Of a stretch of 64,000 nt of DNA, positions 1 through 14,003 are shown piece by piece (positions within the stretch are counted from its first letter, which is position 1; every line of letters begins with the position of its first letter). The stretch spans positions 26,414,001 through 26,478,000 of the forward strand of contig NC_087245.1 of assembly GCF_037042905.1 (NCBI RefSeq), read 5' to 3'. The notes under the pieces were generated by a model. It worked only from the letters and a program-made list of their open reading frames with translations. It searched no databases and was not told the origin of the DNA. This DNA is from Lytechinus pictus (lineage: Eukaryota). The position numbers and the translations under genes were made by a program.

Positions 1-410
1 TTAAAGGTAACTTTTAAATGTGTCAATGGAAGTGCATTCATGGATTACCAGGGGAAGATCATTCCAGAGAACAGTGCCAGCTGTGAGCAAAAGCCTGAAC
101 CCCCCATGTCTAACAGATTTGGGAATAACTAGGGAACCAGAGTTGGATGAATGTAGGGACCTGACAGGAGTGTATTTGTTGATTAGATTAATATTGTACT
201 GTGGAGCAGAGCCGTTAATTGCATGGAATACAAGGAGAAGGATTTTGAAGATGATGCGATCGTTAACCTTTAACCAATGAAGAGATTTCAGAATGGGTGT
301 GATATGAACATGTTTTTTTGATAGGGTGACCAAACGTGCTGCAGCGTTCTGGAGCTTTTGGAGTTTAGACAACTGGGTGTTGGGTAAATTGTAAAGCTCA
401 ATTGTAAAGG
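1..410 (-). pseudogene. LINE (CR1/L2-group) reverse-transcriptase ORF2 C-terminal remnant
   Basis: Translation LQKLQNAAARLVTLSKKHVHITPILKSLHWLKVNDRIIFKILLLVF...LWNDLP...FKSYL is the typical C-terminus of L2/Crack/CR1-group ORF2. It is 5'-truncated and runs off the window edge. Confidence 0.8.
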
Positions 411-1816
411 TCAAAATATACCCAAGCCAACTCTTTATCACTGCCAAAATAACCACATCTTTGCCTCCCCCAAAGTTGAGGCCATCTAAAGTGTTTTTAC
501 AAAAGACCGAAACGGTCTATAATGAGATGGGGTACAGGTACATACTGAACATGTATATATGACGGAAATGTACTTTTCTATCCCCTCTCATGAAGCCCCA
601 GTGGAAGCTCAGTTTCTTGTAGGCCAGATTATAATGGACATTTCTTCTTTATAATGGAGCGAGATAAAAGATTGCTGAAGGAACCAAGTATTTTCTAACC
701 ATTTTAGGGGGAATAGGACTAATAAACTTCTTCAAACACTTTAGTGTGCTACTATCCAAGCAAATTAATCCTTGAACCAAGTGACCCAACCCATTGTCAT
801 TAAAAAGCAAAAAAAAAAGGCATTTTATTGAATAAGAGGTTTCTAGAAAGAGATTGAAATTATAGAATGGTGTGTTTGGGAGATCAAAGAAAGGAAGGAG
901 ATGCATCAGTGATTTATTATTATTTATACATCATTTTAGAAGAGAGTGTTGTGGAATTCTTAATTGATTTTGGTCGAATTTCATTCTAGATCTCCATGAT
1001 TTTTGCTTACAATTGGCCAATCAGATTCAATGATTTCAGTAACTTATCACATGAGTCAGTGAAAGCAAGGATTTTCAAACAGAATCGTTGTAATATGAGT
1101 AACATGTCACTTTGTGAAGTGCTCCCTAAATACCCTCTGCCCAGATATTATTGCTCACATATTTTCATTGAAAACAACTTCATTGGTCTCGATGTTTTGC
1201 TGAAATTGATTTTTAGTTAAACCTTGCATGTTTACCCCTATAATGACAAACACAAACGTATGGGCTTTCTCTCACTCTCCTGCATGCCCAGGTCCTGTGA
1301 AATGTACTTCTCATGACATCTGGGGTTGTAATTGTAGGAGATACTCCCCAATAATCCATATGAATTGACAAATGGATCCTTCAATACCTGTTTGCAAGGA
1401 AGTGTAAAATGTAAAAACTCACAAAACATCTGTTGAATTGTCAAGAGGAAGACCATAGATTTCAGTCAATATCATATCCCAGGTGTTAACATTTTTGTTT
1501 GTTTATACTGTATGCAGAGCTGTTATCGTGACATATACTGTACATGTATGTAGGCCTACATGTAGTTGTTCAGTCATGGACTATTAGATTAAGTTTCAAG
1601 TTCAACTCAAGCACTTGTTTTCATCTTGAAAAAAATGATACATGAAAATAGTGTTGAAATCCTGATGGTTTTATATGTAGGTCCCAAGACAGTTCGGGGA
1701 TCAATGCATACACACCTATACATTGTTACTGTATCCAGAACTGTAATGTCAAGCTATATGTAGATCTAGATAAGAATCTAGTGTAAATGCCGAAATCCCA
1801 CTGTCACGCTTAGCCC

Positions 1817-2805
1817 CAGGGATGCCACTTTTCCGTATTTATACGGAATTCCGGCTTTTTTCCTGCTATCTGTCTTATTTCCGTATTTCCGACTTTTCCT
1901 GTATTCTGTGTATTAAAATAAACGGAAAGTCCTCCTTTTTTTCCCCCTATCTCTCCCGATTGCGATGCATGTCGATCGACCGAGTGAGAGATATTTCTCC
2001 GAGATATTTGCTTTTATACAGTACATAATTTATAAACGCGCGCACTGCCTACTACGTTCATTGAGTTATGCTTTTATCAAGGCTTTCTGATTAGAATTAT
2101 CGATATCCTGGCCAATCAATGCGAGCGACAACTTCCGAACGCATGCACATATACAAGCGCAAAGCAGCGGCACGAATCGCGGTATAATAGCGACTGGTAA
2201 ATACGTCTGTAAAGATGATGACGTCATCCAAGATGGCAACTTACGATGACCAACGAAGGAATCGAGGATGACTAAGTTTTGATCATCATTTGAAAGGAAT
2301 TAGCGGTAACTGCGGTCTAAGGTACGATGTTTCTGAATTTTATATATTTTCTCGTAAGTTTGGATGTAATTATTTTTTTATAATGTGACATTTTATGTAC
2401 CAAAAACGATCCGAAAATTGGGTTTCCGCCGAATGTTAGATCTAACGTTACTGCTGCATGCTGATACGGAACCCAGGGAGCTCCGGCCCGGAAAGCGGGC
2501 CGGAGCTCCTTGGGTTACGTATCAGCTCCCTGGGTTAGCTGATGCGTTGTCTTTATGTACGGGCCAACAACTCTTCAGTCTATGTATTGGTGAGTGGAGC
2601 CAACGCGGTTCAGCTGAACAACCAAAATAGAGACTGAAGCTTTGGTCTAGCGTTCTATATGAGAAACACACAACTAATTACCGTCAGTTTTTCAAACCTA
2701 ATTGACTTCAAAGTCAACGATCACAACAAGGTAAGAAAAAAGAAGCCACTTGGTCCTCCCCCCTCCCCTAAATTTGAGGTGGGGGCGGACCCCCCCCCCC
2801 CTCCT

Positions 2806-2846
<41 letters not shown>

Positions 2847-2982
2847 GCTTGTCCAATTTTTTACCTGTGACATGTGTCCATCCCAAAATTTAAGGTGGAC
2901 CCCCCTAAATTTTTTTTCTTGGACACTGTCCCGGCCCGCGATAAGTTTCAGTATTTTTGGAGGACACCTAGTGGCATCCCTG
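1817..2982. mobile_element. Non-autonomous hAT-like element with 6-bp TSD
   Basis: TIR CAGGGATGCCACT (1817) / AGTGGCATCCCTG (ends 2982), flanked by direct repeat TAGCCC (1811-1816 and 2983-2988). No transposase ORF. Confidence 0.75.
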
Positions 2983-3195
2983 TAGCCCATACTTTGAAAA
3001 ATGGAGCATACAAATTTCTGTCATATACAGAAAATTGTGATTACGTTTCTATACAAATCCAAAATAAAAACATGTTCACAGTGGTCATACTAATAATTTT
3101 CATAATCATTCTTATTTTTTTAACTAACACATATTAATCCTTAATTCTGACTTATCTCTACTTTCCACTTCTTATTCTTTTCTCTTTTCTTATAG

Positions 3196-3289
3196 TCTGC
3201 AAATAAGAGGAACAAGAAAAAGAAACGAGGACCAGACACACAACATGAGAAAACGAACGGTGGTGATGCTGGTGCATCTAACAACCAAG
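3196..3289 (+). CDS. SPATS2: SPATS2-family protein, first coding exon visible in window (5' exons not found, probably upstream)
   Basis: Polypyrimidine tract plus TAG acceptor, GTATGT donor. Encodes SANKRNKKKKRGPDTQ..., the basic patch seen after the SPATS2 N-terminal domain. Phase matches the next exon. Confidence 0.65.
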
Positions 3290-4574
3290 GTATGTATATA
3301 TTCACACCCGTTTTTTTTTCATTAAAGATTCTATGATTATGATCTTCAATGAACATTATTGTGATAAACCATCATGTAAAGTTCTATTTTGGAATTTAGA
3401 TACTGTTCTGTAAGTTTGGGGATATTTGTGTCACCCTGTACTGCAAACGGCTAGATAAGGTTTCTAGTTTTCAAATTAGCACACTATTTCTGATCTGGCA
3501 AATTATCCCGATCTGAACAATCTCGAGACGCAATTATCGCGCTAGTTCGTAGGATTAATCTCGAGATTGCAATCCCAAGTCTACTTGGGATTATTTGCAA
3601 AATAGCGCGCTATTTAAAAATTATCCCGCTAATTCGCAGGTGCAGACGCACTCGGGATTATTTATGCACGGCGTCAGACCATAATGCTCTGATGCCTCGC
3701 AGGAATCGCTCTTCTTGCGATGGTGGAGACGGGGTTAGATAGATACTGTAGATAGATAGGAAGTTCTCAGAATTGCAAAATGGGCTATTATCGATGGGTT
3801 TTCAAGAGAGGTTGCCACTAAACAAGGCTTGATTTGTTTTCTTCCAAAATCTGAGAATTTCTGGATTAATTTTGGATAATGACATTTCCTAGAGTCATCT
3901 CCATCAATGAATATCATAGTGGGGTTTGATAGAGATTCATTAATTTGAATATTGTACTACGTGTACATGTGCGCTGTCTGATGTCCATATCCTATTTGAT
4001 CACAACAACAATGATGAAGAAGTGCAAGAATATTGATAAGCATTTCTTGATATTTATTTATTTCACTGATTCTGGGTATTAGCCAGTATCTTTTATTTAT
4101 TTTTAAATGTTAAAAGTATGTTTATTATACAATGAACAGAGTAAAGAGTACAGCACTTGGGTCAAAAGGTTTCATAAAATGAGGTGTTTTCTAGACTGTC
4201 TACATGTGTGACCCTTCTTTAATTATCCATGCAAAAAGGAAAATGCATTCCACATCCCTGTCAGAATATTGTTATGTGCTGTCATGAAAATGTAAATTAT
4301 ACAAAATTAATTATTTCCAAGACATTAGTGGATTTGATTCATTGATAATTCAATTTAGTGATCTTTTGATCAAATATTAAAATTGATTCAGTGCCTGTCA
4401 AAATTAATTATTTGAAATGCCAAAACAAACTTGCTATCAACAAAGTAATAAAACCAATTGAGAAAAGTCCTAAAAAAGTCACTGTCATTCAATGGGAATT
4501 CTGGTCCAATCAAATGGTTCATTGGCCCCTTCAGATGATTGCTTCACACATAAAAGCAAGATAAATAACATTAA

Positions 4575-5176
4575 AGGACAAGTCCACCCCAACAAAAAGT
4601 TGATTTAAGAAAAATGAGAAAAATCCAACGAGCATAACACTGAAAATTTCATCAAAATCGGATGTAAAATAAGAAAGTAATGACATTTTAAAGTTTCGCT
4701 TAATTTCACATAATAGTTATATGCACATCCTGGTCCTTATGCAAATGAGGGAACTGATGACATCACTCACTCACTTTTTCTTTTGTATTTTATTATTTGA
4801 AATATGAAATATTCAAATTTTCTCTTCATTGTCCTGTGAAACAAAGTTTTATTTCAAACTGAACATGTGGAGTTACCATTGCTTAACATTATATGGTTCA
4901 GTCAAGTTGGTCCTTATAGCCAAATCTGTAAAAATTGAAATATTATATAATTCAAACAATAAAAAACAAAAGAAATAGTGGGTGAGGGACATCATCGATT
5001 CTTTCATATGCATGTGGGTAAATTGTGCATATAACTATTTTGTGAAAATAAGCGAAATTGCAAAATGTCATAATTTTCTTATTTTACATCCGATTTTGAT
5101 GAAATTTTCAGCATTATGCTTGTCTGATTTTTCTCTATTGATTCAAAACAACTTTATTCTGAGATGGACTTGACCT
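4575..5176. mobile_element. TTAA-flanked MITE (Kolobok-like), family A
   Basis: TTAA|AGGACAAGTCCA...TGGACTTGACCT|TTAA with long imperfect internal inverted repeats. Related copies at 54964-55542, ~38590-39046 and ~58530-58823. Confidence 0.8.
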
Positions 5177-6761
5177 TTAAGTATGATATTACCGACATCC
5201 TGGCAGACAGGCAAATCTCGATACTCAGCTCATGTGTTTTGTCTTCAACTATATCACATATTTTGATATCATAAAATTGTCACCAAATAAAATAAGATAT
5301 ATATTATGAAAAGGAAGAAGTGGGGAATTCAGTTTTCACCTTTAAACAAAAGTCAGATGAGCTGATACTTCTAGAATGTAGATTTTGTATGTGATGGTAA
5401 ATTGTAAAGGTGCAGAATCATGATTGCGTTTTATAGTCAAAAGAGAATATAAACGTCTTTCAAATCACAAACATGAAACATGGAAAATGGGGCTTTTGGA
5501 AAGACGTTTCTGTAGAATCACGAACGAAAAAGGTCGTATAAACGCAATTGTGATTTGAATCATGATTCTATGACGTCACTGTGTCAGGCTACTTTCGATT
5601 TGACTATTGCCAAGCTCAAGGCACGCGCTATGCTCATTGTATGTACATAATGTGCTATGCATGCATTTCTTGTCACATGCATTTTATAACTTCAAGTTCT
5701 GTGTTGGTCATCGCCTCGTCCACTGCTTATCGTTAATTTTTGTCATGTCTTCAAATTCAAGCTGTAGTAATGAACTGAACAGACAATGATCACAGTATTT
5801 GTTGAGTAAACAGTGTCAATATTAAATTGAATCTACGTTGAAATTCACTTCAGAACACCATTTTCGCTTAACAAAATTAGGTATAATAAACTGAATTCTG
5901 GAAGCAAAAGATTGATCTTTCGAGAGCCGAAACGCGTGCAGAAAAGTTTACCTTCCTCTGTCAAACTGTGCACTGTGATGTGCACTGGATCGGCCCGAAT
6001 CCGAAGAGAAACAGCATTAGAAAGAAGGTCGTCTAAACGCTGATTCTGTGGTATTGTGATTCATGGTTGTGTTTTGAATCATGATTCTGGCTTGATGGCG
6101 CATAAACGCAGCCTAAATCAGATAATGAACCATGTTTCATAACTTGTTCCATGGTATTTGACTAGCTGAGAGCAACCTTGTACATGTAGAAACTTGCTGT
6201 AAATCAAGATTTATGGAAAAGGGTTCTGATTGTAATTTTAGACCCTTTTCACACTAATTTTCCTGTACTGATCCACGCTGGACAAGAACCAGTCCAGAGG
6301 CATTTTTATCGTTCACAGTCACTGTGTCAGTGATCTAGATTGCTCTTGTTCCTGTGGTACCACTTTATTGTGTTGAACATGGTGGTGGTACATGTAGATT
6401 CACTCGTAGTTTGAAACCATACATACATGTATTCCTCCCTTCAATGAATACTTACAAATGTCATCATTGTTAATATCACTTCCGGGAACTTGTTCCGGTT
6501 ACAGTCATCCCTGGATCAGTTTGAAACAAAGTAACCCTGAGACCACATCTGAGGCTGTCTTCTTGATTGGTCAAGAGGATCACTTATGATCTATTCCTGA
6601 GGTCTGTTGCAAAAACATTTGCAATCAAACCCAACGTCACTCTCAACGGATCAAATATTAGCATTTGGGACTTGCACTTGAAACTTAGGGTTGCGCTTTA
6701 TTGCCATTTTTTTATGTAACGGGCCACAGGACTGCTTTGAGTGTTCACAGAAGCACTAGAC

Positions 6762-6913
6762 CTGGGGAGTGTTTCATCAACATTTTTATCCGACTAGTTG
6801 TCAGATCTGACAACTTTCCTTGATTCTGATTGGCTGAGAGGTACTGTTACTATCGTGATTGTCGGATAAAACAGGACTTGTCGGATAAAATCCTTTCATG
6901 AAACGCTTCCCTG
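6762..6913. mobile_element. Short PIF/Harbinger-like MITE
   Basis: Termini GGGGAGTGTTTCAT...ATGAAACGCTTCCC. Similar short inverted-repeat elements occur at ~6600-6725, ~7268-7465, ~16780-16910 and ~19318-19450. Confidence 0.5.
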
Positions 6914-9900
6914 CCCCCACTGGATTGGTCATGTGTGAATCTGTCCATGGAATCGGACTGAGTGGGGTAATACTCTACGTTTGTGAGCAAGGTCTAGTTA
7001 GTATTTTCTGGTCAAGTTTGTGTTTCCTGTAATTTCTACTATGTCTATGTTTAGTCTCGACTGGCTGGGAATTTCCTCCTGACACAGAAATTTGACAAGC
7101 TGTCAAGCAGAATCAGAACTTTGAATCAAAGCAATAACTTGGGCCTATTTATTTATGCATAGTCTAGTGCAGTATACAGAGTTGACAGAAGTTTGAAATA
7201 GGTGTTATACATACTACAACTTGTACCAGTCACTCACATTAACATTTTGGCGGGGGGGGGGGGGGGGGGTGTTGCTTGCAAATATTCTGTTGTAATTTTA
7301 CAACTGATAGATCAATGTTAGCTGTAGCAAATCAGATTACACTCCTTGGTTCAAGGAGCAGATTAGCAATCAATCACGAATTTGCAATTAATTGCAAGAC
7401 ATAGGATTGATTTAATAAGGACCAAAAATAGACTTGCAATTAATCGCAAGTTTCTGGCAACACCCCATAGGTCTCGTAAAACTAAAACTATATGAACATA
7501 CACACGTATATGTTTTGCCTCATTGTTTTTTTTTTGTTATGATTAAAAAGAATGAAGAAAAAATAAACATATAACAGTGACACCTTGTATACAGACCTAT
7601 ATCAACTTTCTTGAGAAAACCTATTTTCAGTCATCATGACCCCATGAAAGAAAAATGAGGATTTATTTTGTGATGATTTTATATGTACATGTACATAATT
7701 TAATGTATATTTGAGATCCAAATTGGTACTATACATTGTATGGGATTATCCTTTTTTCAATTAAAATAATATTTTACATACTGCACACATTTTCAATAAA
7801 TTCCTGTAAGTCATTCTGCCCCCCTCCCCCAACATGAAGCCTATTCATTGATAATGCCCATCATTCATGGCTTAGGGTTGTCTTTTAATTAATTGCATGG
7901 ATCATATTCATTATGTGCAATCAACCATATGATTAATCACTAAGCTTTGAATAATATAGGCCCTACTGTGCACTATTCTTTGTGAAAAAAAAATACATGT
8001 ATCTCGGCGTACTTGATTTTAAGGCCATTTTGGCCTGGGACCTGTCGCGGAAAGAGCGCATATATGTAAGCAATTGTAATTTAATTTTATCTTATCAGAA
8101 GCATATATATGCAAGTAAAACAACTCTTTGGGCTGGTTCATTCATTGCCATCCATGGTGCTCGTAGTTACAGGTATATACATGTACATGTAGGTCCATGA
8201 ACTATTGGATGGTGAGGAGATTATGAGTTGGCCATTCATGAAACTAGTGGCACATGATTACTCTGGAATGGTAATTAGAATGACAGACAGCTCCCAGTGG
8301 AATGGAAGTGTCATCAATGGGAGTGCATGATTACATGTAGGAACCAACACCTAAAACGCCTTGAATTTGAATTTACCTTATCATGGACCGTCTCTAAAAA
8401 TAAGTTTCGACCATCGGGGGAAAAATGGCTGGGATCACAGCCAACTTTGCATTCCTGTTTATTTCACTGAAACAGGAAAACAATTATGTTATAAAAAAGA
8501 GAAACAGAACTTGTTAAAATATTTCAGTTTATGTGAGAAGAGAGGAGTAGAAAATGCCCGTATCTTTGAAAATTGATGTCAGTTTGATTTTAAAATTCAT
8601 AACATTTATTATCACTGTTCTTATTTTCAAATATGCCAATTTCTTCAAATTCAGAGTAGGCCTATAGTGAATTATGAATGCCACAACTGATTATTTTGAA
8701 CTAGAAGTTATTTGAAATAAACTCAAATTGAAAATTTCATTTTGCTGTCCTTGTCATTGATCATTATTTGCTATTGTATATCATATTATGTAGGCCTACA
8801 TATTATGCATTTGTGTGCCAGTGCATACTTGTTTATACTTGTATATCTTGGCCACTAACTACTTCCGACTCTATTAAAAAGGTGATACTGTACATATGTT
8901 GTGTATTCATGAAGCTTTGTGTAAAACCCCCTTTTTTATAAAATAGCTAAAAAGAGTGATGAGTAGACAGGAAAACATGTACTTTGAATATCCTTCCGGT
9001 TTGTCCGGTTGAGGACTTTTTGAATTAAAGGAAATAGTTTGAGTGCTGTGTAAATTGCTTTTTATTCCCCTTTTCTTTGTTTTCTAATGAGTTGTTAAAT
9101 GACCATGACAAAAAATATACTTCATGACTTTGTGGATGTTCCAATGGTTTTGGCCTTTCAAGTTCAAGCCACCCCCAATAATATTGGGCATAAAATTGAT
9201 AAGAAGAGAAAATCAAACAGTGCAACATTTTATTTAAAATAAAATATACATATTTGTAGATGTAAAAGTGCATACTGTACATGTAGGATATGGCATTTCA
9301 AACTTTTACTCAATTTCACAAAACGGTATAAGTACATGTATGATGTATACATCATAACGCATAGCAAGATTGATGTGACTGTGATGGAGATGACAATGTC
9401 ATACAGAATTGTAATTAACTCCAATTAATAGTGGTATTTAACTTGTTTACAAAGAAATCAAGCCATATTTTCCTTTGAAGAAGAAATCAAAATTTATCCT
9501 AACAAATACAAAAGCTATAGTGAGTATGTGACATCAGCTCCCTTATGTTTTGCATGTAATTTTTGGGGGAGTGAAATTCAGGAAAACTTGAAAATATAAC
9601 ATTTTTTTTTATTGAAATTTTCAGCAATGTGCTTGTTTTTAATATTGAAATCCACTTTTTTGTTGACGAAGACTAATAAGGAGTTGTTTTCGTGATGCAT
9701 GATATAATCCTTATAAACAAACTTGTTCTTGGCACAACTCCCGATTCACCCTTGAGATCATGCTTACCAAAGTATGTTAGCAAAAATGGTCAACAAAGTT
9801 TGGAAGTTGAATCGTGCTGAAAATCACATCAATGACACAGAATGAGAGATAGAATGCAAAGGATATCAAATTACAGCTCCTCAATGACGAATTTCAAACT

Positions 9901-10406
9901 CAAAATAGTTCATGATCCACGGGTGATGTTCATGGTCATTAGAAACTCATTCAAAACAATACATGTATTTCATAAAGTTGTGGTTTGTTTGAGGATGTTT
10001 TTTCTACCAAGTTCTGAAGAAATTGCAGATACTTTCATGAAGAGAGAGGAAAAATAGTAATAACTGCATCCATGTTTATCATGACTACATACATGTAAAG
10101 GTCTCAATTTATAGTTGATCTCAAATTGTGTTCTTAAGACATGATTTTATATCAATCTCAATTTGAGTTTGATTTGAATCTGTTGCTGTTGGCAACTAGT
10201 ACACGTACGATGAGGGGCCCCAGCTACAAGTGTATTATCAGAAGGAAAATACCCATTTGAGCCTTATGCCTACAGTAAAATGATAAAAATTGAAAGTAGA
10301 CCACTAAAAGCCTATTTGCTTTAAACTAAATCATTTAAGTCTGCATACTATCTAAACTATTTCAAAGTTTGTCTTGTCTAATTTCAAATTTCCAAATGTT
10401 TTGCAG

Positions 10407-10679
10407 GAAGTGCCAGCTCTTCAAATCAGCCATCCACCGCCCACTCTGCCCCACCCACCAGGCCGTATATCAAGCAGCGACCTCCCTCGTCCCAGCAGCC
10501 GCAGCAGCCTAGACAGTATCAACAATCCAACAGACGAGACAGAGACAGGGATGGAGACCACAATCGAGGTCGCCCCCACCCCAGGGGGCACCCCACAGAT
10601 TGGAGGGGCGGGGACGGTACCAGGCCGGGCAGACAGCAACCTACCAATGCAGCTTCTAACCATTCATCAGCAGAATCAG
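10407..10679 (+). CDS. SPATS2: SPATS2-family protein, internal exon
   Basis: TTGCAG acceptor and GTATT donor, 273 nt, phase 1-1. The phase-consistent frame reads GSASSSNQPSTAHSAPPTRPYIKQRPPSSQQPQQPRQYQQSNRRDRDRDG..., which differs from the frame in the ORF track. Confidence 0.75.
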
Positions 10680-11041
10680 GTATTGTAGAATATTTCAATT
10701 TTATTCTCTAGTTTTCGGATGTTTGTTTATATATTTATGGCTGGTGATTTGTTCACGATTATAGTATCCAATATCTGCTCAACTCAGTAACTAAGATTTT
10801 ACATTTTATTTCATTATAATAAAAATACCATAATTTTCACCATCACATCCTCCATCATCAAATCTTTGTAATTATAATTATTTACATCATTTAGAATTTT
10901 CCTGGATGTAACAATGCAAGTGATTTAAAAACTTTTTGTAGTTTCCACCAGTTGTATCTACCCAATGCTTTCTGTTTGATATCAACTAAAAGATATCAAC
11001 TTCTTGACACTAACCACAGCCACAATTCTATCTTTCACCAG

Positions 11042-11194
11042 GTAAACAACGCCCTGAAAAGGGTCACCACTCTCACCAACCCTCGCCATTAGAAGACATG
11101 GCTGAGAGGTTATTACCGGCTGAGAGCAGTGACAAGACCCATCATATAGACAGTGAACTACATTACCAAGATGCTGCCAAAGCAAAGAAATTAG
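11042..11194 (+). CDS. SPATS2: SPATS2-family protein, internal exon
   Basis: CCAG acceptor, GTAAGT donor, 153 nt, phase 1-1. Encodes GKQRPEKGHHSHQPSPLEDMAERLLP...AAKAKKL. Confidence 0.75.
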
Positions 11195-11728
11195 GTAAGT
11201 ACACAAAGGAATTGGATGGTATTCTATCGAGAGGTTTTAACTTCATTGTTGGGTTTCATCTTACTAAGTGTTTATTCATTTTTTTAAGAGCATAAGAAAT
11301 TATGAAGGAAACATCTACTGTATGACAATTATCACAGGGTGTCATCTTACTGAGTGTTTATTTATTCTTTAAGAGAGTATAATAAATTATGAATGAATCA
11401 TCTACATGTACTGTATCACACTTATCACTGTATTGATGACAAAAGTAGCTGATAAAATATGCAATTCCTCATTGTAACCTTCACATTGCTGGTGTATACA
11501 AAAGAATATCCCTGAAATAAGTATGTGAATATCCAGCTGACACCTGTTCTTTAGTTTTGCACGTAATAGCGATGAAGGGGTGTTAGGGGTATATTCAAAA
11601 GACAAGAACAAAAAGAAGTTGTTTATATGCCTACTTCCATAGTTATAGTCGTAATTGTCTTGAACAACAGTAATTCATGAATTCAAACCAAATGAAGTAA
11701 AACAGAGATCCACTGCACTCGACCCTGG

Positions 11729-12488
11729 TAGGGACAGTGATTTTCCGTTTCAAAAAAATTGCCTTTTCCGTTTCAGAAAATCTCAAATTCCGTTTCAGCA
11801 TGTCAGAAAACGGAAATTCTGTTTCCCCATAGACTTTGTACACACGGAAAAGTGACAATTCCGTTTACACATTGAATAGCAAAATTTATATCTGCTACTG
11901 TACCAACAACACAATAGAATCCGTTCGAATCGGATCTATGCGGGTGCATAAAATATTTTTACGAACCCATTTAGCATGCATACATCCTTACCTTTCACAT
12001 TATTTCACGGTGAAATGATATTTCCTCGATAATTTTGGGGGTTTTTAGACATCGTTATCATCAGTCAACGGCTTTTGCCAATCCGCCATCTTGGATTTTA
12101 AGACCACGATATCGTGCTGTTACATCTTCAAACGTAGAGGGCAGCAACACACGACCGTGTAGTTGAACGATATGTGTGCATGTACTATGTGAAGCCCAAC
12201 CCGGCCGGCCGGGTGCGGGGTACAATCGAGTGTGCTGATGTCGAGTGCAGTCACGATGTGTGAATTGTCATGATAGTAGCGAAGTGAGATCGTGTTTTCT
12301 GGGGTTTTGTGGCCATTTAATATTCTCATTTTGTTGTGATTTTGGAGTAATTTCTGTTGCTATTCTGTGTATTTTGAGGGAAAATACGTTTTCCATGATT
12401 TTCCGTTTGAAATGCCACTTTCCGTTTCAAAAGGCCCTTTCCGTGAATTCCGTCCGTTTTCCGCGATCGCGGAAAATCACTGTCCCTA
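11729..12488. mobile_element. Non-autonomous hAT-like element inserted in a SINE-like repeat
   Basis: Perfect 19-bp TIR TAGGGACAGTGATTTTCCG / CGGAAAATCACTGTCCCTA, flanked by CCCTGG (6-bp TSD; it can also be read as 8-bp ACCCTGGT with AGGG ends). Subterminal TTCCGT motifs. Confidence 0.8.
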
Positions 12489-12869
12489 CCCTGGTAAGGT
12501 AAACAGGTGCCTGGCAGGAATTAATTCCTTGAAATTCTTGTACACCGTGTTTAGGCTGAAGCCAGGGTAATAATCTTCTAAGTCCTTTAATAGAAGCGTA
12601 TAGAGATGTTAGATGGTAATGTAATATGCACTGTTCAAGTGACGAATACTACTATTATAACGATTGAGAAACATGTTCCCGCTTTTCATACCCCAGTTCT
12701 TAACTTTTTAAATTAGTATACTCCAAGGAAAGAATTATGGCTTATCATAGTCCATTTGTACTTAACTTTGTGAGTGGTGTACTCCAATTAAAGAATTCTG
12801 GCTTGTCATGCTCCTGTTGTTCCTATGATCAATGGCTTTCATTTTCTCTTTGTCTTTTTGAATATACAG

Positions 12870-13054
12870 TAGCAGTACTAGAACGTGCAACTAAGGACCT
12901 TCACAGAACGTCAATAGCACTAACGAGACACAAAACCATGCTGCAAGACAAACTGGACCAATCAGAGAAGAGTATACCAAAGTCATTTGACGAGATCCAG
13001 AGGTTTTTGAACGAGAGGAAACTAGCGCTAACCAATGAATTCTTAGAAGTCAAG
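12870..13054 (+). CDS. SPATS2: SPATS2-family protein, conserved coiled-coil (DUF1387) exon
   Basis: VAVLERATKDLHRTSIALTRHKTMLQDKLDQSEKSIPKSFDEIQRFLNERKLALTNEFLEVK aligns with the SPATS2 motif IEKSVKDLQRCTVSLARY...REVALLAEMDKVK as I recall it. AG/GT boundaries. Confidence 0.88.
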
Positions 13055-13540
13055 GTAATGTATTTTTATCCTTTATTTCCTAATTTAGAATTATTTCTTT
13101 GATACAAGCTTCTGGGATCAGTTATCAGATATTCTTTTGAGGTGTTTTTAAAAGAAAATCTTGAAACTCAATTAATTGATCTAATGTATCAAATTATTCT
13201 ACCATTCATCAACTTTTTGTATGGATGTAAATTTGTATTTCAATGAAGATTCTATTTCAGACTATGTGAATATGATTTTAATTCATTTTTTTAATATGAT
13301 AAGTAAATGTTTGGAACAAGCCTTGTTTTTAAAATTATATCTTTCAAAGAGATGATATATTACTTCCTAAAAAAAAAATCACTGTTTCAATGAAGATGGA
13401 AATTGTATATTATGGCAATAATTTGTATTTTCTAAAAACATGATTTGGCATTCTAGAAGAATTTACTTCCTGATTTTCAAAGAAATTTAGATCTGATTTT
13501 GTTACAATCCACCCGTTTCTAATATTTTTTATTAATGCAG

Positions 13541-13660
13541 CAAGAAGCGAGTGAGATGTTGGAGGCTCGCGAGGAACAGGCCAAAGAGCTAGAAAGGAAG
13601 ACCCACAGAGCAGCTACCATGACAGAGGACCAAGTCCATGAACTAAGAGCAGAGATCAAG
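13541..13660 (+). CDS. SPATS2: SPATS2-family protein, conserved exon
   Basis: QEASEMLEAREEQAKELERKTHRAATMTEDQVHELRAEIK resembles SPATS2 EAMEILLSRQKKA...QMSEQQLVELRADIK. GCAG acceptor, GTATGT donor. Confidence 0.88.
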
Positions 13661-13687
13661 GTATGTACTCCACGAAAGCTTGGTCAA

Positions 13688-14003
13688 ATAGAGTACCGAA
13701 GTGATGCCATCACAAAAATCTTTTTTTCCCATTTCAGCACTTGTGATTCCATTTTTTGGTAGAGCATGATGAAATACCTCCACTACCAAAATTTGCTGCG
13801 AATCGGTCCATGGGGGCCTGATATATAACCTCCTGAATACATTGACTTCAGTGGGGCTAATTATGTATTCATGAGGTCATATCTCTGGCCCACCACCAAA
13901 TTTTGGAAGTTGGGGTTTTTCATCATGGTCTACAAAAATACAGTATCAAAAGTGCCAATATGCAACTTTAGAAAATTGATGACTTTGCACTTCGGTACTC
14001 TAT
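13688..14003. mobile_element. MITE with 16-bp TIR
   Basis: ATAGAGTACCGAAGTG / CACTTCGGTACTCTAT. TSD not clear. It directly abuts a second degenerate TIR element (~14003-14437). Confidence 0.6.

Noticed and set aside
2659..2990. Poly-Phe / poly-Lys ORFs
   Set aside because: They arise from a poly-T and poly-C tract inside a non-autonomous element.
10374..10688. ORF-track translation QEVPALQISHPPPTLPHPP... as the SPATS2 exon product
   Set aside because: Splice phases of the flanking exons (1-1) select a different open frame (GSASSSNQPST...).
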